From Nemertoderma westbladi (lineage: Eukaryota; Animalia; Xenacoelomorpha): 64,000 bases of DNA. Shown here piece after piece: positions 10,952-25,900 of this stretch (its first letter is position 1; each line of letters starts with the position of its first letter). The translations under genes and the position numbers were made by a program. Where the stretch lies: positions 8,660 to 72,659 of the forward strand of contig JAUCBJ010006854.1 in NCBI GenBank assembly GCA_032718475.1, in the 5' to 3' direction. The notes beneath the pieces are model-generated. The model was given only the letters and a program-made list of their open reading frames with translations, was not told the DNA's origin and did no database searches.

Positions 10952-13900
10952 CAAACTGAGTGATTACTTTGTCCCGTAGCAAACTGAGTGATTACTTTGT
11001 CCCGTAGTCTATTGAGTGATTACTTTGTCCCGTAGCAAACTGAGTGATTACTTTATCCCATAGCCTACTGAGTGATTACTTTGTCCGGTAACCAAGTGAG
11101 TGATTACTTTGTCCCGTAGCAAACTGAGTGATTACTTTGTCCCGTAGCAAACTGAGTGATTACTTTGTCCGGTAACCAAGTGAGTGATTACTTTGTCCCG
11201 TAGCAAACTGAGTGATTACTTTGTCCCGTAGTCTATTGAGTGATTACTTTGTCCCATAGCCTACTGATTGATTACTTTGTCCCGTAGCAAACTGAGTGAT
11301 TACTTTGTCCGGTAACCAAGTGAGTGATTACTTTGTCCCGTAGCAAACTGAGTGATTACTTTGTCCCGTAGCAAACTGAGTGATTACTTTGTCCCGTAGT
11401 CTATTGAGTGATTACTTTGTCCCGTAGCAAACTGAGTGATTACTTTATCCCATAGCCTACTGAGTGATTACTTTGTCCGGTAACCAAGTGAGTGATTACT
11501 TTGTCCCGTAGCAAACTGAGTGATTACTTTGTCCCGTAGCAAACTGAGTGATTACTTTGTCCCGTAGCCAAGTGAGTGATTACTTTGTCCGGTAACCAAG
11601 TGAGTGATTACTTTGTCCCGTAGCAAAGTGAGTGATTACTTTGTCCCGTAGCAAACTGAGTGATTACTTTGTCCCGTAGCAAACTGAGTGATTACTTTAT
11701 CCCATAGCCTACTGAGTGATTACTTTGTCCGGTAACCAAGTGAGTGATTACTTTGTCCCGTAGCAAACTGAGTGATTACTTTGTCCCGTAGCAAACTGAG
11801 TGATTACTTTGTCCCGTAGTCTATTGAGTGATTACTTTGTCCCATAGCCTACTGAGTGATTACTTTGTCCCGTAGCCAAGTGAGTGATTACTTTGTCCCG
11901 TAGTCTATTGAGTGATTACTTTGTCCCGTAGCAAACTGAGTGATTACTTTATCCCATAGCCTACTGAGTGATTACTTTGTCCGGTAACCAAGTGAGTGAT
12001 TACTTTGTCCCGTAGCAAACTGAGTGATTACTTTGTCCCGTAGCAAACTGAGTGATTACTTTGTCCCGTAGTCTATTGAGTGATTACTTTGTCCCATAGC
12101 CTACTGAGTGATTACTTTGTCCCGTAGCCAAGTGAGTGATTACTTTGTCCGGTAACCAAGTGAGTGATTACTTTGTCCCGTAGCAAACTGAGTGATTACT
12201 TTGTCCCGTAGCAAACTGAGTGATTACTTTGTCCCGTAGCAAACTGAGTGATTACTTTGTCCCGTAGTCTATTGAGTGATTACTTTGTCCCGTAGCAAAC
12301 TGAGTGATTACTTTATCCCATAGCCTACTGAGTGATTACTTTGTCCGGTAACCAAGTGAGTGATTACTTTGTCCCGTAGCAAACTGAGTGATTACTTTGT
12401 CCCGTAGCAAACTGAGTGATTACTTTGTCCGGTAACCAAGTGAGTGATTACTTTGTCCCGTAGCAAACTGAGTGATTACTTTGTCCCGTAGTCTATTGAG
12501 TGATTACTTTGTCCCATAGCCTACTGAGTGATTACTTTGTCCCGTAGCCAAGTGAGTGATTACTTTGTCCGGTAACCAAGTGAGTGATTACTTTGTCCCG
12601 TAGCAAACTGAGTGATTACGTTGTCCCGTAGTCTATTGAGTGATTACTTTGTCCCGTAGCAAACTGAGTGATTACTTTATCCCATAGCCTACTGAGTGAT
12701 TACTTTGTCCGGTAACCAAGTGAGTGATTACTTTGTCCCGTAGCAAACTGAGTGATTACTTTGTCCCGTAGCAAACTGAGTGATTACTTTGTCCCGTAGC
12801 CAAGTGAGTGATTACTTTGTCCGGTAACCAAGTGAGTGATTACTTTGTCCCGTAGCAAACTGAGTGATTACTTTGTCCCGTAGCAAACTGAGTGATTACT
12901 TTGTCCCGTAGCAAACTGAGTGATTACTTTATCCCATAGCCTACTGAGTGATTACTTTGTCCGGTAACCAAGTGAGTGATTACTTTGTCCCGTAGCAAAC
13001 TGAGTGATTACTTTGTCCCGTAGCAAACTGAGTGATTACTTTGTCCCGTAGTCTATTGCGTGATTACTTTGTCCCATAGCCTACTGAGTGATTACTTTGT
13101 CCCGTAGCCAAGTGAGTGATTACTTTGTCCCGTAGTCTATTGAGTGATTACTTTGTCCCGTAGCAAACTGAGTGATTACTTTATCCCATAGCCTACTGAG
13201 TGATTACTTTGTCCGGTAACCAAGTGAGTGATTACTTTGTCCCGTAGCAAACTGAGTGATTACTTTGTCCCGTAGCAAACTGAGTGATTACTTTGTCCCG
13301 TAGTCTATTGAGTGATTACTTTGTCCCATAGCCTACTGAGTGATTACTGTCCCGTAGCCAAGTGAGTGATTACTTTGTCCGGTAACCAAGTGAGTGATTA
13401 CTTTGTCCCGTAGCAAACTGAGTGATTACTTTGTCCCGTAGCAAACTGAGTGATTACTTTGTCCCGTAGCAAACTGAGTGATTACTTTGTCCCGTAGTCT
13501 ATTGATTGAGTGATTACTTTGTCCCGTAGCAAACTGAGTGATTACTTTGTCCCGTAGCAAACTGAGTGATTACTTTGTCCATTAACCAAGTGAGTGATTA
13601 CTTTGTCCCGTAGCAAACTGAGTGATTACTTTGTCCCGTAGTCTATTGAGTGATTACTTTTCCCATAGCCTACTGAGTGATTACTTTGTCCCGTAGCCAA
13701 GTGAGTGATTACTTTGTCCGGTAACCAAGTGAGTGATTACTTTGTCCCGTAGCAAACTGAGTGATTACGTTGTCCCGTAGTCTATTGAGTGATTACTTTG
13801 TCCCGTAGCAAACTGAGTGATTACTTTATCCCATAGCCTACTGAGTGATTACTTTGTCCGGTAACCAAGTGAGTGATTACTTTGTCCCGTAGCAAACTGA

Positions 13901-16900
13901 GTGATTACTTTGTCCCGTAGCAAACTGAGTGATTACTTTGTCCCGTAGCCAAGTGAGTGATTACTTTGTCCGGTAACCAAGTGAGTGATTACTTTGTCCC
14001 GTAGCAAACTGAGTGATTACTTTGTCCCGTAGCAAACTGAGTGATTACTTTGTCCCGTAGCAAACTGAGTGATTACTTTATCCCATAGCCTACTGAGTGA
14101 TTACTTTGTCCGGTAACCAAGTGAGTGATTACTTTGTCCCGTAGCAAACTGAGTGATTACTTTGTCCCGTAGCAAACTGAGTGATTACTTTGTCCCGTAG
14201 TCTATTGAGTGATTACTTTGTCCCATAGCCTACTGAGTGATTACTTTGTCCCGTAGCCAAGTGAGTGATTACTTTGTCCCGTAGTCTATTGAGTGATTAC
14301 TTTGTCCCGTAGCAAACTGAGTGATTACTTTATCCCATAGCCTACTGAGTGATTACTTTGTCCGGTAACCAAGTGAGTGATTACTTTGTCCCGTAGCAAA
14401 CTGAGTGATTACTTTGTCCCGTAGCAAACTGAGTGATTACTTTGTCCCGTAGCAAACTGAGTGATTACTTTGTCCCATAGCCTACTGAGTGATTACTTTG
14501 TCCCGTAGCCAAGTGAGTGATTACTTTGTCCGGTAACCAAGTGAGTGATTACTTTGTCCCGTAGCAAACTGAGTGATTACTTTGTCCCGTAGCAAACTGA
14601 GTGATTACTTTGTCCCGTAGCAAACTGAGTGATTACTTTGTCCCGTAGTCTATTGAGTGATTACTTTGTCCCGTAGCAAACTGAGTGATTACTTTATCCC
14701 ATAGCCTACTGAGTGATTACTTTGTCCGGTAACCAAGTGAGTGATTACTTTGTCCCGTAGCAAACTGAGTGATTACTTTGTCCCGTAGCAAACTGAGTGA
14801 TTACTTTGTCCCGTAGCAAACGAGTGATTACTTTGTCCCGTAGCAAACTGAGTGATTACTTTGTCCCGTAGCCAAGTGAGTGATTACTTTGTCCGGTAAC
14901 CAAGTGAATGATTACTTTGTCCCGTAGCAAACTGAGTGATTAATTTGTCCCGTAGCAAACTGAGTGATTACTTTGTCCCGTAGCAAACTGAGTGATTACT
15001 TTGTCCGGTAACCAAGTGAGTGATTACTTTGTCCCGTAGCAAACTGAGTGATTACTTTGTCCCGTAGTCTATTGAGTGATTACTTTGTCCCATAGCCTAC
15101 TGAGTGATTACTTTGTCCCGTAGCCAAGTGAGTGATTACTTTGTCCGGTAACCAAGTGAGTGATTACTTTGTCCCGTAGCAAACTGAGTGATTACGTTGT
15201 CCCGTAGTCTATTGAGTGATTACTTTGTCCCGTAGCAAACTGAGTGATTACTTTATCCCATAGCCTACTGAGTGATTACTTTGTCCGGTAACCAAGTGAG
15301 TGATTACTTTGTCCCGTAGCAAACTGAGTGATTACTTTGTCCCGTAGCAAACTGAGTGATTACTTTGTCCCGTAGCCAAGTGAGTGATTACTTTGTCCGG
15401 TAACCAAGTGAGTGATTACTTTGTCCCGTAGCAAACTGAGTGATTACTTTGTCCCGTAGCAAACTGAGTGATTACTTTGTCCCGTAGCAAACTGAGTGAT
15501 TACTTTATCCCATAGCCTACTGAGTGATTACTTTGTCCGGTAACCAAGTGAGTGATTACTTTGTCCCGTAGCAAACTGAGTGATTACTTTGTCCCGTAGC
15601 AAACTGAGTGATTACTTTGTCCCGTAGTCTATTGCGTGATTACTTTGTCCCATAGCCTACTGAGTGATTACTTTGTCCCGTAGCCAAGTGAGTGATTACT
15701 TTGTCCCGTAGTCTATTGAGTGATTACTTTGTCCCGTAGCAAACTGAGTGATTACTTTATCCCATAGCCTACTGAGTGATTACTTTGTCCGGTAACCAAG
15801 TGAGTGATTACTTTGTCCCGTAGCAAACTGAGTGATTACTTTGTCCCGTAGCAAACTGAGTGATTACTTTGTCCCGTAGTCTATTGAGTGATTACTTTGT
15901 CCCATAGCCTACTGAGTGATTACTTTGTCCCGTAGCCAAGTGAGTGATTACTTTGTCCGGTAACCAAGTGAGTGATTACTTTGTCCCGTAGCAAACTGAG
16001 TGATTACTTTGTCCCGTAGCAAACTGAGTGATTACTTTGTCCCGTAGCAAACTGAGTGATTACTTTGTCCCGTAGTCTATTGATTGAGTGATTACTTTGT
16101 CCCGTAGCAAACTGAGTGATTACTTTATCCCATAGCCTACTGAGTGATTACTTTGTCCGGTAACCAAGTGAGTGATTACTTTGTCCCGTAGCAAACTGAG
16201 TGATTACTTTGTCCCGTAGCAAACTGAGTGATTACTTTGTCCGTTAACCAAGTGAGTGATTACTTTGTCCCGTAGCAAACTGAGTGATTACTTTGTCCCG
16301 TAGTCTATTGAGTGATTACTTTTCCCATAGCCTACTGAGTGATTACTTTGTCCCGTAGCCAAGTGAGTGATTACTTTGTCCGGTAACCAAGTGAGTGATT
16401 ACTTTGTCCCGTAGCAAACTGAGTGATTACGTTGTCCCGTAGTCTATTGAGTGATTACTTTGTCCCGTAGCAAACTGAGTGATTACTTTATCCCATAGCC
16501 TACTGAGTGATTACTTTGTCCGGTAACCAAGTGAGTGATTACTTTGTCCCGTAGCAAACTGAGTGATTACGTTGTCCCGTAGTCTATTGAGTGATTACTT
16601 TGTCCCGTAGCAAACTGAGTGATTACTTTATCCCATAGCCTACTGAGTGATTACTTTGTCCGGTAACCAAGTGAGTGATTACTTTGTCCCGTAGCAAACT
16701 GAATGATTACTTTGTCCCGTAGCAAACTGAGTGATTACTTTGTCCCGTAGCCAAGTGAGTGATTACTTTGTCCGGTAACCAAGTGAGTGATTACTTTGTC
16801 CCGTAGCAAACTGAGTGATTACTTTGTCCCGTAGCAAACTGAGTGATTACTTTGTCCCGTAGCAAACTGAGTGATTACTTTATCCCATAGCCTACTGAGT

Positions 16901-19900
16901 GATTACTTTGTCCGGTAACCAAGTGAGTGATTACTTTGTCCCGTAGCAAACTGAGTGATTACTTTATCCCATAGCCTACTGAGTGATTACTTTGTCCGGT
17001 AACCAAGTGAGTGATTACTTTGTCCCGTAGCAAACTGAGTGATTACTTTGTCCCGTAGCAAACTGAGTGATTACTTTGTCCCGTAGTCTATTGCGTGATT
17101 ACTTTGTCCCATAGCCTACTGAGTGATTACTTTGTCCCGTAGCCAAGTGAGTGATTACTTTGTCCCGTAGTCTATTGAGTGATTACTTTGTCCTGTAGCA
17201 AACTGAGTGATTACTTTATCCCATAGCCTACTGAGTGATTACTTTGTCCGGTAACCAAGTGAGTGATTACTTTGTCCCGTAGCAAACTGAGTGATTACTT
17301 TGTCCCGTAGCAAACTGAGTGATTACTTTGTCCCGTAGTCTATTGAGTGATTACTTTGTCCCATAGCCTACTGAGTGATTACTTTGTCCCGTAGCCAAGT
17401 GAGTGATTACTTTGTCCGGTAACCAAGTGAGTGATTACTTTGTCCCGTAGCAAACTGAGTGATTACTTTGTCCCGTAGCAAACTGAGTGATTACTTTGTC
17501 CCGTAGCAAACTGAGTGATTACTTTGTCCCGTAGTCTATTGATTGAGTGATTACATGTCCCGTAGCAAACTGAGTGATTACTTTATCCCATAGCCTACTG
17601 AGTGATTACTTTGTCCGGTAACCAAGTGAGTGATTACTTTGTCCCGTAGCAAACTGAGTGATTACTTTGTCCCGTAGCAAACTGAGTGATTACTTTGTCC
17701 GTTAACCAAGTGAGTGATTACTTTGTCCCGTAGCAAACTGAGTGATTACTTTGTCCCGTAGTCTATTGAGTGATTACTTTTCCCATAGCCTACTGAGTGA
17801 TTACTTTGTCCCGTAGCCAAGTGAGTGATTACTTTGTCCGGTAACCAAGTGAGTGATTACTTTGTCCCGTAGCAAACTGAGTGATTACGTTGTCCCGTAG
17901 TCTATTGAGTGATTACTTTGTCCCGTAGCAAACTGAGTGATTACTTTATCCCATAGCCTACTGAGTGATTACTTTGTCCGGTAACCAAGTGAGTGATTAC
18001 TTTGTCCCGTAGCAAACTGAGTGATTACTTTGTCCCGTAGCAAACTGAGTGATTACTTTGTCCCGTAGCCAAGTGAGTGATTACTTTGTCCGGTAACCAA
18101 GTGAGTGATTACTTTGTCCCGTAGCAAACTGAGTGATTACTTTGTCCCGTAGCAAACTGAGTGATTACTTTGTCCCGTAGCAAACTGAGTGATTACTTTA
18201 TCCCATAGCCTACTGAGTGATTACTTTGTCCGGTAACCAAGTGAGTGATTACTTTGTCCCGTAGCAAACTGAGTGATTACTTTGTCCCGTAGCAAACTGA
18301 GTGATTACTTTGTCCCGTAGTCTATTGAGTGATTACTCTGTCCCATAGCCTACTGAGTGATTACTTTGTCCCGTAGCCAAGTGAGTGATTACTTTGTCCC
18401 GTAGTCTATTGAGTGATTACTTTGTCCCGTAGCAAACTGAGTGATTACTTTATCCCATAGCCTACTGAGTGATTACTTTGTCCGGTAACCAAGTGAGTGA
18501 TTACTTTGTCCCGTAGCAAACTGAGTGATTACTTTGTCCCGTAGCAAACTGAGTGATTACTTTGTCCCGTAGCAAACTGAGTGATTACTTTGTCCCATAG
18601 CCTACTGAGTGATTACTTTGTCCCGTAGCCAAGTGAGTGATTACTTTGTCCGGTAACCAAGTGAGTGATTACTTTGTCCCGTAGCAAACTGAGTGATTAC
18701 TTTGTCCCGTAGCAAACTGAGTGATTACTTTGTCCCGTAGCAAACTGAGTGATTACTTTGTCCCGTAGTCTATTGAGTGATTACTTTGTCCCGTAGTCTA
18801 TTGAGTGATTACTTTGTCCCGTAGCAAACTGAGTGATTACTTTATCCCATAGCCTACTGAGTGATTACTTTGTCCGGTAACCAAGTGAGTGATTACTTTG
18901 TCCCGTAGCAAACTGAGTGATTACTTTGTCCCGTAGCAAACTGAGTGATTACTTTGTCCCGTAGCAAACTGAGTGATTACTTTGTCCCATAGCCTACTGA
19001 GTGATTACTTTGTCCCGTAGCAAACTGAGTGATTACTTTGTCCCGTAGCAAACTGAGTGATTACTTTGTCCCGTAGCAAACTGAGTGATTACTTTGTCCC
19101 GTAGCAAACTGAGTGATTACTTTGTCCCGTAGCAAACTGAGTGATTACTTTGTCCCGTAGCCAAGTGAGTGATTACTTTGTCCGGTAACCAAGTGAGTGA
19201 TTACTTTGTCCCGTAGCAAACTGAGTGATTAATTTGTCCCGTAGCAAACTGAGTGATTACTTTGTCCCGTAGCAAACTGAGTGATTACTTTATCCCATAG
19301 CCTACTGAGTGATTACTTTGTCCGGTAACCAAGTGAGTGATTACTTTGTCCTGTAGCAAACTGAGTGATTACTTTGTCCCGTAGCAAACTGAGTGATTAC
19401 TTTGTCCCGTAGTCTATTGAGTGATTACTTTGTCCCATAGCCTACTGAGTGATTACTTTGTCCCGTAGCCAAGTGAGTGATTACTTTGTCCCGTAGTCTA
19501 TTGAGTGATTACTTTGTCCCGTAGCAAACTGAGTGATTACTTTATCCCATAGCCTACTGAGTGATTACTTTGTCCGGTAACCAAGTGAGTGATTACTTTG
19601 TCCCGTAGCAAACTGAGTGATTACTTTGTCCCGTAGCAAACTGAGTGATTACTTTGTCCCGTAGCAAACTGAGTGATTACTTTGTCCCATAGCCTACTGA
19701 GTGATTACTTTGTCCCGTAGCCAAGTGAGTGATTACTTTGTCCGGTAACCAAGTGAGTGATTACTTTGTCCCGTAGCAAACTGAGTGATTACTTTGTCCC
19801 GTAGCAAACTGAGTGATTACTTTGTCCCGTAGCAAACTGAGTGATTACTTTGTCCCGTAGTCTATTGAGTGATTACTTTGTCCCGTAGTCTATTGAGTGA

Positions 19901-22900
19901 TTACTTTGTCCCGTAGCAAACTGAGTGATTACTTTATCCCATAGCCTACTGAGTGATTACTTTGTCCCGTAGCAAACTGAGTGATTACTTTGTCCCGTAG
20001 TCTATTGAGTGATTACTCTGTCCCATAGCCTACTGAGTGATTACTTTGTCCCGTAGCCAAGTGAGTGATTACTTTGTCCCGTAGTCTATTGAGTGATTAC
20101 TTTGTCCCGTAGCAAACTGAGTGATTACTTTATCCCATAGCCTACTGAGTGATTACTTTGTCCGGTAACCAAGTGAGTGATTACTTTGTCCCGTAGCAAA
20201 CTGAGTGATTACTTTGTCCCGTAGCAAACTGAGTGATTACTTTGTCCCGTAGCAAACTGAGTGATTACTTTGTCCCATAGCCTACTGAGTGATTACTTTG
20301 TCCCGTAGCCAAGTGAGTGATTACTTTGTCCGGTAACCAAGTGAGTGATTACTTTGTCCCGTAGCAAACTGAGTGATTACTTTGTCCCGTAGCAAACTGA
20401 GTGATTACTTTGTCCCGTAGCAAACTGAGTGATTACTTTGTCCCGTAGTCTATTGAGTGATTACTTTGTCCCGTAGTCTATTGAGTGATTACTTTGTCCC
20501 GTAGCAAACTGAGTGATTACTTTATCCCATAGCCTACTGAGTGATTACTTTGTCCGGTAACCAAGTGAGTGATTACTTTGTCCCGTAGCAAACTGAGTGA
20601 TTACTTTGTCCCGTAGCAAACTGAGTGATTACTTTGTCCCGTAGCAAACTGAGTGATTACTTTGTCCCATAGCCTACTGAGTGATTACTTTGTCCCGTAG
20701 CAAACTGAGTGATTACTTTGTCCCGTAGCAAACTGAGTGATTACTTTGTCCCGTAGCAAACTGAGTGATTACTTTGTCCCGTAGCAAACTGAGTGATTAC
20801 TTTGTCCCGTAGCAAACTGAGTGATTACTTTGTCCCGTAGCCAAGTGAGTGATTACTTTGTCCGGTAACCAAGTGAGTGATTACTTTGTCCCGTAGCAAA
20901 CTGAGTGATTAATTTGTCCCGTAGCAAACTGAGTGATTACTTTGTCCCGTAGCAAACTGAGTGATTACTTTATCCCATAGCCTACTGAGTGATTACTTTG
21001 TCCGGTAACCAAGTGAGTGATTACTTTGTCCTGTAGCAAACTGAGTGATTACTTTGTCCCGTAGCAAACTGAGTGATTACTTTGTCCCGTAGTCTATTGA
21101 GTGATTACTTTGTCCCATAGCCTACTGAGTGATTACTTTGTCCCGTAGCCAAGTGAGTGATTACTTTGTCCCGTAGTCTATTGAGTGATTACTTTGTCCC
21201 GTAGCAAACTGAGTGATTACTTTATCCCATAGCCTAATGAGTGATTACTTTGTCCGGTAACCAAGTGAGTGATTACTTTGTCCCGTAGCAAACTGAGTGA
21301 TTACTTTGTCCCGTAGCAAACTGAGTGATTACTTTGTCCGGTAACCAAGTGAGTGATTACTTTGTCCCGTAGCAAACTGAGTGATTACTTTGTCCCGTAG
21401 CAAACTGAGTGATTACTTTATCCCATAGCCTACTGAGTGATTACTTTGTCCGATAACCAAGTGAGTGATTACTTTGTCCCGTAGCAAACTGAGTGATTAC
21501 TTTGTCCCGTAGCAAACTGAGTGATTACTTTATCCCATAGCCTACTGAGTGATTACTTTGTCCCGTAGTCTATTGAGTGATTACTTTGTCCCATAGCCTA
21601 CTGAGTGATTACTTTGTCCCGTAGCCAAGTGAGTGATTACTTTGTCCCGTAGTCTATTGAGTGATTACTTTGTCCCGTAGCAAACTGAGTGATTACTTTA
21701 TCCCATAGCCTACTGAGTGATTACTTTGTCCGGTAACCAAGTGAGTGATTACTTTGTCCCGTAGCAAACTGAGTGATTACTTTGTCCCGTAGTAAACTGA
21801 GTGATTACTTTGTCCCGTAGTCTATTGAGTGATTACTTTGTCCCATAGCCTACTGAGTGATTACTTTGTCCCGTAGCCAAGTGAGTGATTACTTTGTCCG
21901 GTAACCAAGTGAGTGATTACTTTGTCCCGTAGCAAACTGAGTGATTACTTTGTCCCGTAGCAAACTGAGTGATTACTTTGTCCCGTAGCAAACTGAGTGA
22001 TTACTTTGTCCCGTAGTCTATTGAGTGATTACTTTGTCCCGTAGCAAACTGAGTGATTACTTTATCCCATAGCCTACTGAGTGATTACTTTGTCCGGTAA
22101 CCAAGTGAGTGATTACTTTGTCCCGTAGCAAACTGAGTGATTACTTTGTCCCGTAGCAAACTGAGTGATTACTTTGTCCGGTAACCAAGTGAGTGATTAC
22201 TTTGTCCCGTAGCAAACTGAGTGATTACTTTGTCCCGTAGTCTATTGAGTGATTACTTTGTCCCATAGCCTACTGAGTGATTACTTTGTCCCGTAGCCAA
22301 GTGAGTGATTACTTTGTCCGGTAACCAAGTGAGTGATTACTTTGTCCCGTAGCAAACTGAGTGATTACTTTGTCCCGTAGTCTATTGAGTGATTACTTTG
22401 TCCCGTAGCAAACTGAGTGATTACTTTATCCCATAGCCTACTGAGTGATTACTTTGTCCGGTAACCAAGTGAGTGATTACTTTGTCCCGTAGCAAACTGA
22501 GTGATTACTTTGTCCCATAGCCTACTGAGTGATTACTTTGTCCCGTAGCAAACTGAGTGATTACTTTGTCCCGTAGCAAACTGAGTGATTACTTTGTCCC
22601 GTAGCAAACTGAGTGATTACTTTGTCCCGTAGCAAACTGAGTGATTACTTTGTCCCGTAGCAAACTGAGTGATTACTTTGTCCCGTAGCCAAGTGAGTGA
22701 TTACTTTGTCCGGTAACCAAGTGAGTGATTACTTTGTCCCGTAGCAAACTGAGTGATTAATTTGTCCCGTAGCAAACTGAGTGATTACTTTGTCCCGTAG
22801 CAAACTGAGTGATTACTTTATCCCATAGCCTACTGAGTGATTACTTTGTCCGGTAACCAAGTGAGTGATTACTTTGTCCTGTAGCAAACTGAGTGATTAC

Positions 22901-25900
22901 TTTGTCCCGTAGCAAACTGAGTGATTACTTTGTCCCGTAGTCTATTGAGTGATTACTTTGTCCCATAGCCTACTGAGTGATTACTTTGTCCCGTAGCCAA
23001 GTGAGTGATTACTTTGTCCCGTAGTCTATTGAGTGATTACTTTGTCCCGTAGCAAACTGAGTGATTACTTTATCCCATAGCCTACTGAGTGATTACTTTG
23101 TCCGGTAACCAAGTGAGTGATTACTTTGTCCCGTAGCAAACTGAGTGATTACTTTGTCCCGTAGCAAACTGAGTGATTACTTTGTCCGGTAACCAAGTGA
23201 GTGATTACTTTGTCCCGTAGCAAACTGAGTGATTACTTTGTCCCGTAGCAAACTGAGTGATTACTTTATCCCATAGCCTACTGAGTGATTACTTTGTCCG
23301 ATAACCAAGTGAGTGATTACTTTGTCCCGTAGCAAACTGAGTGATTACTTTGTCCCGTAGCAAACTGAGTGATTACTTTATCCCATAGCCTACTGAGTGA
23401 TTACTTTGTCCCGTAGTCTATTGAGTGATTACTTTGTCCCATAGCCTACTGAGTGATTACTTTGTCCCGTAGCCAAGTGAGTGATTACTTTGTCCCGTAG
23501 TCTATTGAGTGATTACTTTGTCCCGTAGCAAACTGAGTGATTACTTTATCCCATAGCCTACTGAGTGATTACTTTGTCCGGTAACCAAGTGAGTGATTAC
23601 TTTGTCCCGTAGCAAACTGAGTGATTACTTTGTCCCGTAGTAAACTGAGTGATTACTTTGTCCCGTAGTCTATTGAGTGATTACTTTGTCCCATAGCCTA
23701 CTGAGTGATTACTTTGTCCCGTAGCCAAGTGAGTGATTACTTTGTCCGGTAACCAAGTGAGTGATTACTTTGTCCCGTAGCAAACTGAGTGATTACTTTG
23801 TCCCGTAGCAAACTGAGTGATTACTTTGTCCCGTAGCAAACTGAGTGATTACTTTGTCCCGTAGTCTATTGAGTGATTACTTTGTCCCGTAGCAAACTGA
23901 GTGATTACTTTATCCCATAGCCTACTGAGTGATTACTTTGTCCGGTAACCAAGTGAGTGATTACTTTGTCCCGTAGCAAACTGAGTGATTACTTTGTCCC
24001 GTAGCAAACTGAGTGATTACTTTGTCCGGTAACCAAGTGAGTGATTACTTTGTCCCGTAGCAAACTGAGTGATTACTTTGTCCCGTAGTCTATTGAGTGA
24101 TTACTTTGTCCCATAGCCTACTGAGTGATTACTTTGTCCCGTAGCCAAGTGAGTGATTACTTTGTCCGGTAACCAAGTGAGTGATTACTTTGTCCCGTAG
24201 CAAACTGAGTGATTACTTTGTCCCGTAGTCTATTGAGTGATTACTTTGTCCCGTAGCAAACTGAGTGATTACTTTATCCCATAGCCTACTGAGTGATTAC
24301 TTTGTCCGGTAACCAAGTGAGTGATTACTTTGTCCCGTAGCAAACTGAGTGATTACTTTGTCCCGTAGCCAAGTGAGTGATTACTTTGTCCGGTAACCAA
24401 GTGAGTGATTACTTTGTCCCGTAGCAAACTGAGTGATTACTTTGTCCCGTAGCAAACTGAGTGATTACTTTGTCCCGTAGCAAACTGAGTGATTACTTTA
24501 TCCCATAGCCTACTGAGTGATTACTTTGTCCGGTAACCAAGTGAGTGATTACTTTGTCCCGTAGCAAACTGAGTGATTACTTTGTCCCGTAGCAAACTGA
24601 GTGATTACTTTGTCCCGTAGTCTATTGAGTGATTACTTTGTCCCATAGCCTACTGAGTGATTACTTTGTCCCGTAGCCAAGTGAGTGATTACTTTGTCCC
24701 GTAGTCTATTGAGTGATTACTTTGTCCCGTAGCAAACTGAGTGATTACTTTATCCCATAGCCTACTGAGTGATTACTTTGTCCGGTAACCAAGTGAGTGA
24801 TTACTTTGTCCCGTAGCAAACTGAGTGATTACTTTGTCCCGTAGCAAACTGAGTGATTACTTTGTCCCGTAGTCTATTGAGTGATTACTTTGTCCCATAG
24901 CCTACTGAGTGATTACTTTGTCCCGTAGCCAAGTGAGTGATTACTTTGTCCGGTAACCAAGTGAGTGATTACTTTGTCCCGTAGCAAACTGAGTGATTAC
25001 TTTGTCCCGTAGCAAACTGAGTGATTACTTTGTCCCGTAGCAAACTGAGTGATTACTTTGTCCCGTAGTCTATTGAGTGATTACTTTGTCCCGTAGCAAA
25101 CTGAGTGATTACTTTATCCCATAGCCTACTGAGTGATTACTTTGTCCGGTAACCAAGTGAGTGATTACTTTGTCCCGTAGCAAACTGAGTGATTACTTTG
25201 TCCCGTAGCAAACTGAGTGATTACTTTGTCCGGTAACCAAGTGAGTGATTACTTTGTCCCGTAGCAAACTGAGTGATTACTTTGTCCCGTAGTCTATTGA
25301 GTGATTACTTTGTCCCATAGCCTACTGAGTGATTACTTTGTCCCGTAGCCAAGTGAGTGATTACTTTGTCCGGTAACCAAGTGAGTGATTACTTTGTCCC
25401 GTAGCAAACTGAGTGATTACTTTGTCCCGTAGCAAACTGAGTGATTACTTTGTCCCGTAGCAAACTGAGTGATTACTTTGTCCCGTAGTCTATTGAGTGA
25501 TTACTTTGTCCCGTAGCAAACTGAGTGATTACTTTATCCCATAGCCTACTGAGTGATTACTTTGTCCGGTAACCAAGTGAGTGATTACTTTGTCCCGTAG
25601 CAAACTGAGTGATTACTTTGTCCCGTAGCAAACTGAGTGATTACTTTGTCCCGTAGCCAAGTGAGTGATTACTTTGTCCGGTAACCAAGTGAGTGATTAC
25701 TTTGTCCCGTAGCAAACTGAGTGATTACTTTGTCCAGTAGCAAACTGAGTGATTACTTTGTCCCGTAGTCTATTGAGTGATTACTTTGTCCCATAGCCTA
25801 CTGAGTGATTACTTTGTCCCGTAGCCAAGTGAGTGATTACTTTGTCCCGTAGTCTATTGAGTGATTACTTTGTCCCGTAGCAAACTGAGTGATTACTTTA